Made by a program: the position numbers and the translations under genes | Notes under the pieces: model-generated | Seen by the model: only the letters and a program-made list of their open reading frames with translations | Database searches by the model: none | Told to the model about the DNA's origin: nothing | Source of the DNA: Candidatus Limivicinus sp. | Lineage (GTDB): Bacteria > Bacillota > Clostridia > Oscillospirales > Oscillospiraceae | DNA: 64,000 nt | Direction: 5' to 3' | Assembly (NCBI GenBank): GCA_045117135.1 | Contig: JBGUNA010000086.1 | Span: forward strand, 2,638-66,637 | Part shown: one piece after another, positions 45,316 to 54,619 of the stretch | How the letters are laid out: each line of letters begins with the position of its first letter | Position numbering within the stretch: position 1 is the first letter of the stretch

Positions 45316-46590
45316 ATGAAAGAATCCTCAACCGATCGGGTGACTTTTGTGGCACTGGTCTGCATCCTGGCAGCTGGAATTATGGAAGTGCTCGGCTATC
45401 TGGTCCTTGGCACATTGGAAGGGACAATGACTTTTCTGATCATCGAGGCGGTGTTCGCGCTGCTGGCGTTTGCCGCCTGGAAAGGCAGGATGCCGTGGCT
45501 TCATCTGGTGACGGCAGGGTTTGCTTTTGTGCTTGCCTATACCACCAATTATGCGGAAACCACGAGTTATAACTGGGGCTTCTGGACGCAGACAGGTGCA
45601 GCTGCAGCTGCGGCTATCCTGGGCTGTGCCTGTATGCTGCGGAAAAAAGAGAAGCATCGCAGCATTCCGTGGAGAGAGCTGATCCTTGCCGTATGCATCA
45701 GCGCATGTGCACTTGGTGTGTGGGGCGGATGGACGGCAAAAGACAGAAAGACCACGGGGCTTGCACGCCACACCATGTGGGCAGTACCTGCAGAGCTGGA
45801 CAGTGTTCCGTGTGAACAGCAGGGCACGCTGGAAGAACTGGTCTATGACACAAAAGCCTACGGTACCGATGAACGTGCGCTGCAGAAGAGGGCGCTGGTT
45901 TATCTGCCCTACGGATATGATGAAACCAGACAGTATAACATCCTCTACCTGATGCATGGTACCGGTGACGATGAAAACTACTGGCTGAGCACACACAGCT
46001 TCAACAAAACTATGCTGGACAATATGATCGCCCGCGGAGATATTGATCCGCTGATCGTTGTAACACCGACCTTCTATGTGGAGGATGACTTCCGTGACAC
46101 AGGGCTCGATCCGCTGACGTATTCCTTCCGCGAAGAACTCCGGAACGATCTGATGCCTGCGGCGGAAAACCGCTATTCCACCTGGGCGGAGACAACGGAT
46201 GATGCCGGATTTGCTGCTTCACGGGATCACCGGGCTTTTGCAGGCCTCTCACGCGGAGCGGTCACGACTTATCACTCGGCTTTCTGCGGTAGCCTTGACT
46301 GGTTCTCTTGGTTCGGTACATTCAGCGGAAGTCGTACAGACAGGGAATACTTTGAACAGACGATTCAAAGTGAGGAATTCCGTGACCTGCCGATCCACTA
46401 TCTGTATATCACATCCGGTGTTTTTGATTTTGCCCTTCCACGGCAGCTGCAGGATACGGATGGACTCCTGTCCATCGAACCGAGGCTGACAACAGGCGTC
46501 AACACCGATATGGATGTCTTCCCCATGCGGTACCACTCCATCGGAAACTGGCACCTTGCACTTTATAACTTTTTACAGAGGGTTTTTTAA
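45316..46590 (+). CDS. Membrane-anchored alpha/beta-hydrolase of the 'putative esterase' (CE1 / enterochelin-esterase-like) family
   Basis: It has about 4-5 N-terminal TM helices, then LVYLPYGYDETRQYNILYLMHGTGDDENYW...AFAGLSRGA (the Ser nucleophile context is GxSxG-like). Confidence 0.7.
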   Translation: MKESSTDRVTFVALVCILAAGIMEVLGYLVLGTLEGTMTFLIIEAVFALLAFAAWKGRMPWLHLVTAGFAFVLAYTTNYAETTSYNWGFWTQTGAAAAAAILGCACMLRKKEKHRSIPWRELILAVCISACALGVWGGWTAKDRKTTGLARHTMWAVPAELDSVPCEQQGTLEELVYDTKAYGTDERALQKRALVYLPYGYDETRQYNILYLMHGTGDDENYWLSTHSFNKTMLDNMIARGDIDPLIVVTPTFYVEDDFRDTGLDPLTYSFREELRNDLMPAAENRYSTWAETTDDAGFAASRDHRAFAGLSRGAVTTYHSAFCGSLDWFSWFGTFSGSRTDREYFEQTIQSEEFRDLPIHYLYITSGVFDFALPRQLQDTDGLLSIEPRLTTGVNTDMDVFPMRYHSIGNWHLALYNFLQRVF

Positions 46591-48153
46591 ATGGCACTGA
46601 TTTCGATCATTCCGGATTTTTATCCGACAGGAGATGCCCGACTGCTGGCCAGGGCAGAGGAACTGAAGCCTGTTCTGCAACATGCAATCAAGGAGCCGAT
46701 CGGCGCTTTTAAACTGAAGGAGCGGTACAGCTCGGAAAAAAATGACCTTGTGCTGCATCAGCTGCCGCACATTACCATGGGAAAGGGTGAAAATATCTGC
46801 CTGGACTTCGGAGAGCATCTGGTGGGGCATGTTACACTGGAGCTGTCCTATTCCGGCAGCCATCCGGATGCACCGGCTTTCCTGAAACTGAAGTTTGCGG
46901 AGAACTTTCGGGAACTGAGCGAAAATTCTCAGGAGTACGCCGGCTGGCTTTCCAAAAGCTGGATTCAGGAGGAATATGTACATGTTGACGTCCTGCCCGC
47001 CAGGCTGACTCTGCCGCGGCGGTATGCATTCCGCTACCTGAAGATCACCATGATGGACACCTCTCCCAAATATAAGCTTCTGGTGAAGCATGCAGAGTGC
47101 ATGACAGAGACAGCTGCAGAAACAGCCGGAGTAAAAATACCACAGACCGGGGATGAAAAGCTGGATCGGATCTACTCCGTCAGCCTGAAGACCCTTGCTG
47201 ACTGTATGCAGGAAGTGTTTGAGGATGGCCCAAAACGCGACCAGCGCCTCTGGGTGGGTGACTTCCGGCTTCAGGCGTTGACCAACTATGTCTCCTTCCG
47301 GAATTATGATCTGGTTAAGCGCTGCCTTTATCTTTTCGGCGGCAGCAGATTCCCGGACGGACGTGTCAGCGCGTGTCTGTTCACCAGACCTACGGTGGAA
47401 GCGGACGATACCTATCTCATGGACTATTCTCTGATGTACGTTGTAGCACTGGAGGAATATCTGCAGGAGACCGGGGATGAAGAAGCCCTGAATGACCTTT
47501 ATGATATCGCCATGCAGCAGATCGAATATGCCATGCGGCAGTGCGGTCCTGATGACATTGTAAATGAACAGGTTGTGAAAGACACCTTTATCGACTGGGG
47601 CGATGACATGGAAAAAACCGCCTGTGCCCAGGGGGTGCTGATTGTAGCCCTGCGTTATGCCAGAAGGCTGGCCAGAAGAAGAAATGACTGGTCGCAGGCC
47701 AACTGGCTGCTGCAGCGGCATGACGCTTTGAGAAAGGCGGCTTACCAGCGCTTCTGGAAGGAAGAAGAGGGATGCTTCGTCTCTAACGGACAGATTTCGG
47801 AAGCAAGCCAGATCTGGATGGTACTTGCCGATGTGGTGGAGCCGGAAAAGGCGGAAAAAGCCATGCGCAAAGCGCTCACCCTGCAGGAGGGGCCCGGCAT
47901 CCAGACACCGTATCTGCATCACTATTATGTGATGGCACTGCTGCGCTCCGGGCTGAGAGAAGAGGCTGTCACACATCTGAAAGAGTACTGGGGTGGCATG
48001 CTGGATGCCGGTGCAGACACCTTCTGGGAATGCTGGGACGGAAAAGACCCTGACCGCTCCCCCTACGGCGGCAGTGTGGTTAACAGCTATTGCCATGCCT
48101 GGAGCTGCACACCTGCCTATATTATCGAGCGATTCCTATCGCCCGAAGAATAA
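46591..48153 (+). CDS. Six-hairpin (alpha/alpha)6 glycoside hydrolase, GH78 alpha-L-rhamnosidase-like
   Basis: 520 aa. The box DGPKRDQRLWVGDFRLQAL resembles the GH78 'PxRDERLGWTGD' box. The C-terminus (..TFWECWD..NSYCHAWSCTPAY) is typical of this fold. The start codon abuts the esterase stop. Confidence 0.6.
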   Translation: MALISIIPDFYPTGDARLLARAEELKPVLQHAIKEPIGAFKLKERYSSEKNDLVLHQLPHITMGKGENICLDFGEHLVGHVTLELSYSGSHPDAPAFLKLKFAENFRELSENSQEYAGWLSKSWIQEEYVHVDVLPARLTLPRRYAFRYLKITMMDTSPKYKLLVKHAECMTETAAETAGVKIPQTGDEKLDRIYSVSLKTLADCMQEVFEDGPKRDQRLWVGDFRLQALTNYVSFRNYDLVKRCLYLFGGSRFPDGRVSACLFTRPTVEADDTYLMDYSLMYVVALEEYLQETGDEEALNDLYDIAMQQIEYAMRQCGPDDIVNEQVVKDTFIDWGDDMEKTACAQGVLIVALRYARRLARRRNDWSQANWLLQRHDALRKAAYQRFWKEEEGCFVSNGQISEASQIWMVLADVVEPEKAEKAMRKALTLQEGPGIQTPYLHHYYVMALLRSGLREEAVTHLKEYWGGMLDAGADTFWECWDGKDPDRSPYGGSVVNSYCHAWSCTPAYIIERFLSPEE

Positions 48154-48184
48154 TCAGAATTCAATAACTAAACGACAATACAAA

Positions 48185-48227
48185 AGTCTCCCCGCTGTTC
48201 TGAGCAAATCAGAGCGGCGGGGAGACT
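48185..48227 (-). terminator. Terminator hairpin downstream of the GPH transporter gene (also downstream of the convergent GH78-like gene)
   Basis: 11-bp stem AGTCTCCCCGC (48185-48195) / GCGGGGAGACT (48217-48227). On the minus strand it is followed by TTTGTATTG. Confidence 0.55.
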
Positions 48228-48246
48228 GGTTATCTATGTATGCGCT

Positions 48247-50061
48247 TTATGTTTTAATGGCCGGACGGTTGGCGGCTTTGCGGAGAGCATTGAATTCTTC
48301 GAGGAGCTTCGCTTCGGCTTCTTTTTCAGCCTTCTTCTGCTCTGCGGTCATCTTTGCGATACGGGCTTCTTCCTTCTTGGCGGCATCAGCCTGTTTCTTC
48401 AGCTCTGCCTGGTAGGCTTCTTCTCCTTCCTCAAGACGGATCTTTTCTTCCGCAGAGATGAATTTACGGCCTTCTGCCTTGGCAGCAGCCTTCTGGTCTT
48501 CCACAATGGCCTTATGGTCCAGTTTTCCGAACTTCTCCACTTTCATGAAGAGGAAAATCAGGAAAATTCCGAGATAACAGAGCGTTTCGCCGCCGATGAA
48601 GACCCACGGCATGGCTGAGCGGAGAGCTGTATTTGTCTGCAGGGTGGAGATATCATAGTGAACGCCGCTGAGCACTGCATTGAGCACACCGGTGGTCAAA
48701 CCGGTCATACCCGCAATGATGGCACCGTAAATCGTCATCGAAAGTCCGTCCGTGCGGGAACCGTTGACAGCTTCCTGGTGGTCAAGGATATCAGCGAGCA
48801 ATGCGAGGGACAGATACATGGCAGGGGTGGAACCGAGCGCCTTGATGACAAAGGAGACGATCACGACAACCCAGTTGGAGGGAGCCAGCATGCCGATCGC
48901 TCCACCGATGGTTGCAACTACTGCTCCGCAGAGGATCGCTTTTGATTTGCTGCCGAGCAGATTGGCAAGCGGAAGAGAGATAACCATGCCGATCGCTGTG
49001 GGGATTGCACCGATGATAGCCAGCGTGCCCTGAAGCTGACCACCGTAAGAAACGGTGTAGTTGCCGTTCGCATCCGGGAACATGGCAGTGCAGAAGTAAT
49101 TCTGGGAGACATTCTTGATCATGCCGCCGAACTGATAGAGGAAGAAGAACACCATCATGATGATCCAGAACTTGTCATGCAGGCAGATCTTAGCCTGTTC
49201 GCCGGTAGGAAGTGCTTTCTTTTCGCTACCCTGAGTTCCGGCTGTCTCCTCTGTGACGCGCTCACGGGTGAAGAAGAACTCAATCAGAACACCGATAAAG
49301 GTAATGATGATCAGTGCAATGACGAAGACCTTCCAGTGATTCTGGGAAGTCCCGGCGTCATAGATCGCGGCGCCCGTTTCATCGACGTAATATAGAATTT
49401 TGCCGGCATCGTTGGTAACCGGTGTGCCTTTTCCGCTCATGTCATAGACGAAGAGCAGATGCAGGAAGAAGGGCAGCACCATGGCACTAAGCCCCATGGC
49501 AGCAAGCATGGTGGCATTGGAGATCGTGGCAAGCAGGCCGCGGTCTTTGCTGTTGCGGGTAGAGAGGCTGACAAGCGCGGCATGCGGGGTGTAGTACATC
49601 GGGTAGGCAAATGCAAACCAGAGGTTATAGCCGATGGCAATGCATACCAGTGCACCTGTATGCCACGAATCGTTTGCAGCATTATACGGGCAGAATACGA
49701 ACAGAAACAGCAGCGCAATCAGGCTGAGAGGGACAGAAAGCAGCAGAAGCGGTCTTGCTTTACCTGCTTTGGATACATTGTTGTCCATCAGGCGGCCGAC
49801 AATGATGTTGCCGATTACAACGAAGATCACCGATATGACAGGCAGCCAGGTGAAGAATCCGCTTGCCCAGTTGTTGATGTGCAGGACATCGGACATGTAC
49901 TTGTTGAAATAGTTCGCCATGACGGAGTTGGCCAGCAGGGCAAGCGTCGGACCGGCGAGATAGCCGATTGCCCCTTCAGGGAACAGCGTTACATTGTTTT
50001 TTCTGATCAGGCTCGGTGGAAGTTTTTCGTAAAACCCGGTCAGACCGCCTTTCTTACTCAT
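48247..50061 (-). CDS. Glycoside-pentoside-hexuronide (GPH)/MFS-type sugar:cation symporter with a long charged C-terminal tail
   Basis: I placed the start at 50061 (MSKKGGLTGFYEKL.., RBS GGAGGA); the track ORF extends to 50364 across the upstream gene. It has about 12 TM helices and a C-terminal ~95 aa rich in E/K/A. Confidence 0.8.
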   Translation of the reverse strand: MSKKGGLTGFYEKLPPSLIRKNNVTLFPEGAIGYLAGPTLALLANSVMANYFNKYMSDVLHINNWASGFFTWLPVISVIFVVIGNIIVGRLMDNNVSKAGKARPLLLLSVPLSLIALLFLFVFCPYNAANDSWHTGALVCIAIGYNLWFAFAYPMYYTPHAALVSLSTRNSKDRGLLATISNATMLAAMGLSAMVLPFFLHLLFVYDMSGKGTPVTNDAGKILYYVDETGAAIYDAGTSQNHWKVFVIALIIITFIGVLIEFFFTRERVTEETAGTQGSEKKALPTGEQAKICLHDKFWIIMMVFFFLYQFGGMIKNVSQNYFCTAMFPDANGNYTVSYGGQLQGTLAIIGAIPTAIGMVISLPLANLLGSKSKAILCGAVVATIGGAIGMLAPSNWVVVIVSFVIKALGSTPAMYLSLALLADILDHQEAVNGSRTDGLSMTIYGAIIAGMTGLTTGVLNAVLSGVHYDISTLQTNTALRSAMPWVFIGGETLCYLGIFLIFLFMKVEKFGKLDHKAIVEDQKAAAKAEGRKFISAEEKIRLEEGEEAYQAELKKQADAAKKEEARIAKMTAEQKKAEKEAEAKLLEEFNALRKAANRPAIKT

Positions 50062-51982
50062 GATGATCCTCCTTATCGGTAAGAGATGAATATATATAGG
50101 GATAGGATTCAACCGAAACCTGTCCGTTATGCAAAGTGATATGTACCTGCTTTTGTCCCATGGGGAAGGTGCAGTCAAGCTCACGGAAGAACTGCGTTTG
50201 CGGAGCTGCTTCAAATTCCGTTCCACCCGGTTCAAGCGGGCGAAGGCCGGCAAAGTATCGTGCCAGCAGATAGATGGGGCTGGCTGACCAGGCATGGCAA
50301 AGAGATTTGCCGAAAGGATCGCCGTACATCTCATATTGCTGCTCAAGTGGTTTGGAAGGGTCATATTCCTCCCAGAAGGTGACAGCGCCGAGATGCAGCA
50401 TCCCGCCCCAATAGGATTTGATTTCCTGCAAAACCTCTTTCAGATAACCGAGACGGCAAAGGGCTTCCAGCTCATAAAAACGAAAGTAGGGAGTTTTGAT
50501 GGACGGAACGGAAGGATTAAACAGTACAGACGATGCGAGAAGTTGTTTGCGGGATCCATCTGTCAGGTCGAATACGATGGCAAAAATGTTGGCATGACGT
50601 GTAACATGCCGTCTGCCGGACAAAAAGGAATCTATATAAGCCTGTTTTTCCTCGTCCCAGAAAAAGCGGTCGATCTTTTCCAGAAGCTCGTCATAAAGCG
50701 AAAGATAGGTTTGCTTTTCCTCGTCCGGTGCAAACATGGCCATGATCCGGACGCTTGCAGCCAAAAGCATCTGTTCGGCGCAGAGCGGACCGTCACGGTC
50801 AAAATCTGCCCAATCTATAAACACCCAGTCCTGCTTCCTGCCGATGAGAAAACCGTTCTCATCCCGCTGGGAGAGACAGAGCTCTAGCAAAGACCGAGCC
50901 TTAGGATACATCTGACGGATAAAGCCATCGTCTCCATAGCTCTCGTAGTACACACCGAGGCTGATGATCCAGAGCAGGGAATAATCCGTAATTGTGTTGA
51001 CGTGGGTAGTGACAGGGTCGTTGCCGCGCAGAGCGAGAAGCGTTCGCTTTTCTATCTCGGCGTCAGCAGTCAGATACCGGTTGACAAACATGCTCTGATA
51101 GGCATCCCCGCCCCAGATCCACTTGTCGCGCTTGATTCCGTCCAGGAAGAAGCAACCGGAACAGAGAGAAAAGGTGTGGGCAGCAACCTGAAAAATACGG
51201 TTGAGTTCGTCATCATCACAGGTAAAAGATGCACGCTGCGGAATTTCCGTGAACTGATGGATGGCACGTACGGAATAGTCCCCTTTACGAACATCAGGCA
51301 GAAAGGCGTAGCGCACAGCCTGACGCGGACAGCGGCCGGTTGTAATGTCCGGCCGGCAGAAGAAATAACAGTTTTTCGTGTCAAGCGCTTCGGCACGGGA
51401 TTCTCCCAGATAGACAAGAGGGGAACCGGACCCAATAACCTCAAGAGAAGCGGTGAGTTCGGTTTCAAACGTGTACAGAACGCCCTGGTTGATTTCTTCC
51501 ACAGCAACGGGTTCATAAACCCTTTCGGAATAGGACCATTCCGACGGATCCTTTGAAGAATCTGTATAATACCGGTTGTGTGCAGCCGGGACGGGGGGTG
51601 CAGCGTAATCTTCTGCCTGCCAACCGTCATCCGAGCAGATCACATCCCCTGAAACGAAAACAGAGGGAACGCAGCCGATGCACCCGACATGGATGGAAAT
51701 TCTATGCCTGCCCGGTGTGCAGAAAATCAGGGTATCAAACGGGTGCTTTTCTTCATCCAGCTGGACGTAGCCGACAGAACCGGCGACGCCTGTGACAAAG
51801 AACGTGGTTTCTTCCAGCAGATCATACCAGCGGCGAAAGACAACGCGATTGCGAAAGCCCTCGCTTTTCCAAAAGGCAGGCCAAGCGCATCCGCGTTCCA
51901 CGCGGGAGAAATTCTGTTTTAATGCATGATACAGCTCGAAATCACCGGGATACCAGAGCCAATAGGAAGTTTTTTCAGACAT
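50054..51982 (-). CDS. Six-hairpin glycoside hydrolase, GH78 alpha-L-rhamnosidase-like (second copy)
   Basis: 642 aa. It has the box LDGIKRDKWIWGGDAYQSMF and the C-terminus ..VTFWEEYD..GKSLCHAWSASPIYLL. It overlaps the transporter start by 8 nt. Confidence 0.6.
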   Translation of the reverse strand: MSEKTSYWLWYPGDFELYHALKQNFSRVERGCAWPAFWKSEGFRNRVVFRRWYDLLEETTFFVTGVAGSVGYVQLDEEKHPFDTLIFCTPGRHRISIHVGCIGCVPSVFVSGDVICSDDGWQAEDYAAPPVPAAHNRYYTDSSKDPSEWSYSERVYEPVAVEEINQGVLYTFETELTASLEVIGSGSPLVYLGESRAEALDTKNCYFFCRPDITTGRCPRQAVRYAFLPDVRKGDYSVRAIHQFTEIPQRASFTCDDDELNRIFQVAAHTFSLCSGCFFLDGIKRDKWIWGGDAYQSMFVNRYLTADAEIEKRTLLALRGNDPVTTHVNTITDYSLLWIISLGVYYESYGDDGFIRQMYPKARSLLELCLSQRDENGFLIGRKQDWVFIDWADFDRDGPLCAEQMLLAASVRIMAMFAPDEEKQTYLSLYDELLEKIDRFFWDEEKQAYIDSFLSGRRHVTRHANIFAIVFDLTDGSRKQLLASSVLFNPSVPSIKTPYFRFYELEALCRLGYLKEVLQEIKSYWGGMLHLGAVTFWEEYDPSKPLEQQYEMYGDPFGKSLCHAWSASPIYLLARYFAGLRPLEPGGTEFEAAPQTQFFRELDCTFPMGQKQVHITLHNGQVSVESYPYIYSSLTDKEDHHE

Positions 51983-51990
51983 ATAGATAA

Positions 51991-54393
51991 TTATCCTTTA
52001 CAAAGCACTTCTGCGGTTGCTTCATAACCGGCAGAACGTGCCGTGACGCGGATCACACCGGGAGCTCCTGCACATACGATGGCCTGCGCTTCTCCAAAGT
52101 AGGTGGGAACCACATTTCCTGTGAAGTTCCCGCGGTAACTGCAGCTCCCGTTCACGGTACCCATCAGAGTGCCGTTTTCTGTCGTTACAGTGACAGTCTG
52201 CTTTTCCATCGGTTTTGTTTCACCGTTTTCATCCGTACAGCGGATGCGGAAATATACCATCTCGCCGGGTGCACAGTTTTCGGATTCAGCTTCCATACGC
52301 AGCTCGGTTTTCTTCCCGGCTGTGCACAGTGTATCCCGTCCGATTTCCTTTCCCGAAGCATCATAGCTGACGGCAGTCAGTTCTCCGTCATGGTAAGCAG
52401 TGCGGAAGAGAGCACGGCATCTGCCCTTCATACTTTTTTTGCCCACGCTTTGGCTGTTGACGAACAGTTCCACACTGTCTGCCCGGGCATAGACTTCAAC
52501 TTCGGTTTCCTGTCCCTCGCAGCCGTGCCAGGACCAGGAGCGCATCGCACGGGTCAGCTGCCAGCCGGTCATCGTGGGCTTCTCCTTTTCGTAAACGGGA
52601 AAAACCGCCAGCCGAGGGCCTTTATCCAACTCAAAGGCTACACGGGTATAATCTGCTTCGGCATATTCCTTGCCGGTCATATCAATGCGGTTAGTGCCGC
52701 CGCGCACACGGTCTTCAGGGTTCCCGGAAGAATAATCGGCAAACTCAGGGCTGCTGACTCCGCATTCTCCGATGTAATCCCAGCCTGTCCAGACGAAGTC
52801 ACCAATGATCTGAGGCGTTGTCTTGGCAATCTCCCAGAAACTGTAGGCATCACCGATCAGTGTTTCCGAGCCGAGGATCAGGCGGTTGGGATACTTTTTA
52901 GCATCTTTTTTGTACCGCCAGTTGCCGTAATTATAACCGGCAATGTCCATAGCGGCAAAGGCGTCCTTCGTCTTCCAGTCACAGGGGGGCAGGGAGGCAC
53001 CGAACTTCATAAAATCTGTGCCGAGCTTTGCGGCAAGGGTATTGAAAAATTCCGAACCGACCGGCTTTTTCTTTGGTTTCTTTTCCGCTGCATTCTCTGC
53101 TGCCTTAGCAGCAGCCTCTGCCTGTTTTTTGGCTTTATCGTCGCTGTAAACGCCGAGACCGATCGAACTGAGGAAATTGAAGAAAATATTGATACCGCAG
53201 GTGACCGGCCGGGTTGCATCGAGAGAGTGGAGATAGTCCGTGAAGGACTGCTGCAGCGCGATACCTTTCGGCTGTGCACTCTCTGCTACTTCATTGCCGG
53301 TGGAATACATGATCACGCATGGGTGGTTGTAATCTTTCTCCACCATATCCTTCAAATCCTGCTGCCACCAGTCCGTCACGAAAGAAGCATAGTCATGCTC
53401 GGTCTTGTGCATGTACCAGCAGTCAACATATTCATCCATCATCAGCATGCCAAGCCTGTCGCACGCATCCAGCAGATATTTGGATGCCGGATTGTGAGCG
53501 GACCGAACTGCATTGTAGCCGGCCTTTTGCAGAATGCGGATCCGGCGTTCCTCTACCTCAGGGTAGGTGCAGGCACCGAGAATGCCATTGTCGTGGTGGA
53601 TGCAGGCGCCGCGAATTACCGTGCGCTTTCCGTTGATGGCCATACCTTTGTCAGGCGTCCACGTCAGGGTGCGGATGCCGAAGTGCTCTTCCACCACATC
53701 CTCGCCAAATGTCACACGGGCAGTATATAGATTCGGTGCTTCAGGTGACCAGAGTTTTGCATCGGGGATGGAAAGCTCCGTTGCAGCAGGCACACCATTG
53801 CCGACAGTAAAGGTTGCGGCAGCCACGTGGGAGGTGCCATCCAGAATCTCAAGATGAACCGTACCCGGAGCGGAACTTTCCACCTCGATCTGAATACGGG
53901 CAGGATTGATCGCAAGTGTGCGGATTCGAACACCGTTTAGAAGAATATGATCTTTTTTTCCGGCCCAAAGCCATACCGGGCGATAGATTCCTGTGCCGGA
54001 ATACCAGCGGGAATTCGGCTGGTCAGCATTGCGGGCAAGAACCAGAAGTTCATTTTCACCGGGACGAAGGTGTGAAGTGAGATCGACGTAAAAGTTTGTA
54101 TATCCATACGGGCGGAAGGCAAGCTTTTCCCCGTTGAGAGAAACCTCTGCATTGTGGTAAACGCTTTCAAATTCCAGAATAAGCGTCTGGCCCTGCAGAT
54201 CGTCCGGGATGGAAAATACTTTGCGATATTCGTAATCGCCGCCTTCAAACCAACCGATATTGCCTTCCCCAAGGCTTGTACTGACACGCTGCTCGGTGCG
54301 CATAGCGTCGTGCGGGAGCGTCACGGGAACGGCTTCACCTTCCCGGCTCAGAGGTCGGCACGTCCAGCTGGTGTTGAAATCATATCGCTTCAT
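51991..54393 (-). CDS. Glycoside hydrolase family 2 enzyme (beta-galactosidase/beta-glucuronidase-like), paralog A
   Basis: I placed the start at 54393 (MKRYDFNTSWTCRPL.., RBS GGAG); the track ORF runs to 54696 through the divergent promoter region. Motifs: ARNADQPNSRWYSGTGIYRPVWLW, RGACIHHDNG, NAVRSAHNP, YNHPCVIMYSTGNEVAE. Confidence 0.85.
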   Translation of the reverse strand: MKRYDFNTSWTCRPLSREGEAVPVTLPHDAMRTEQRVSTSLGEGNIGWFEGGDYEYRKVFSIPDDLQGQTLILEFESVYHNAEVSLNGEKLAFRPYGYTNFYVDLTSHLRPGENELLVLARNADQPNSRWYSGTGIYRPVWLWAGKKDHILLNGVRIRTLAINPARIQIEVESSAPGTVHLEILDGTSHVAAATFTVGNGVPAATELSIPDAKLWSPEAPNLYTARVTFGEDVVEEHFGIRTLTWTPDKGMAINGKRTVIRGACIHHDNGILGACTYPEVEERRIRILQKAGYNAVRSAHNPASKYLLDACDRLGMLMMDEYVDCWYMHKTEHDYASFVTDWWQQDLKDMVEKDYNHPCVIMYSTGNEVAESAQPKGIALQQSFTDYLHSLDATRPVTCGINIFFNFLSSIGLGVYSDDKAKKQAEAAAKAAENAAEKKPKKKPVGSEFFNTLAAKLGTDFMKFGASLPPCDWKTKDAFAAMDIAGYNYGNWRYKKDAKKYPNRLILGSETLIGDAYSFWEIAKTTPQIIGDFVWTGWDYIGECGVSSPEFADYSSGNPEDRVRGGTNRIDMTGKEYAEADYTRVAFELDKGPRLAVFPVYEKEKPTMTGWQLTRAMRSWSWHGCEGQETEVEVYARADSVELFVNSQSVGKKSMKGRCRALFRTAYHDGELTAVSYDASGKEIGRDTLCTAGKKTELRMEAESENCAPGEMVYFRIRCTDENGETKPMEKQTVTVTTENGTLMGTVNGSCSYRGNFTGNVVPTYFGEAQAIVCAGAPGVIRVTARSAGYEATAEVLCKG

Positions 54394-54454
54394 CGCAAAT
54401 CTCCATTCGTTTTCTTTAAAAAATGCCAGAGTAATACAACTATTATTTATTAAT

Positions 54455-54482
54455 AGTATAGCAGAAGAAAGACTGTTTGCAA
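54455..54482 (-). promoter_or_regulatory. Candidate promoter for GH2 paralog A
   Basis: The minus strand reads TTGCAA (54482-54477), a 16-nt spacer, then TATACT (54460-54455). Confidence 0.45.
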
Positions 54483-54547
54483 GTATGGAATGACGCAAAA
54501 TGGTGTTTTTATTTCGTAAACGGTCTGCCGGAAGGGGTGTACGAGGT

Positions 54548-54576
54548 TTGAATTTGAATGCCGATTTTGTTATAAT
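54548..54576 (+). promoter_or_regulatory. Candidate strong promoter for GH2 paralog B
   Basis: TTGAAT (54548-54553), a 17-nt spacer ending in TGT, then TATAAT (54571-54576). It lies ~44 nt upstream of the ATG at 54620. Confidence 0.55.
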
Positions 54577-54619
54577 CTTCTTATCTGATAAAACAACGAA
54601 TGAAAGAGAGTGCGAGCTT

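Noticed and set aside
43886-48096. Long antisense ORFs 43886-45355 (489 aa), 45328-45996 (222 aa) and 46573-48096 (507 aa).
   Set aside because: They lie opposite clearly recognisable MATE, esterase and GH78-like genes. Their translations are Arg/His/Gln/Pro-rich low-information sequences without motifs.
50062-50364. N-terminal 101-aa extension of the transporter ORF (track 48247-50364). The same applies to the extensions of GH2-A (54394-54696), GH2-B (54500-54619), P4, P5, P6, MATE, esterase, AlkZ-related, Nim and DUF896 track ORFs.
   Set aside because: The extensions overlap upstream genes or promoter regions, lack RBSs and family-typical sequence. Internal starts with GGAGG-type RBSs give canonical N-termini.
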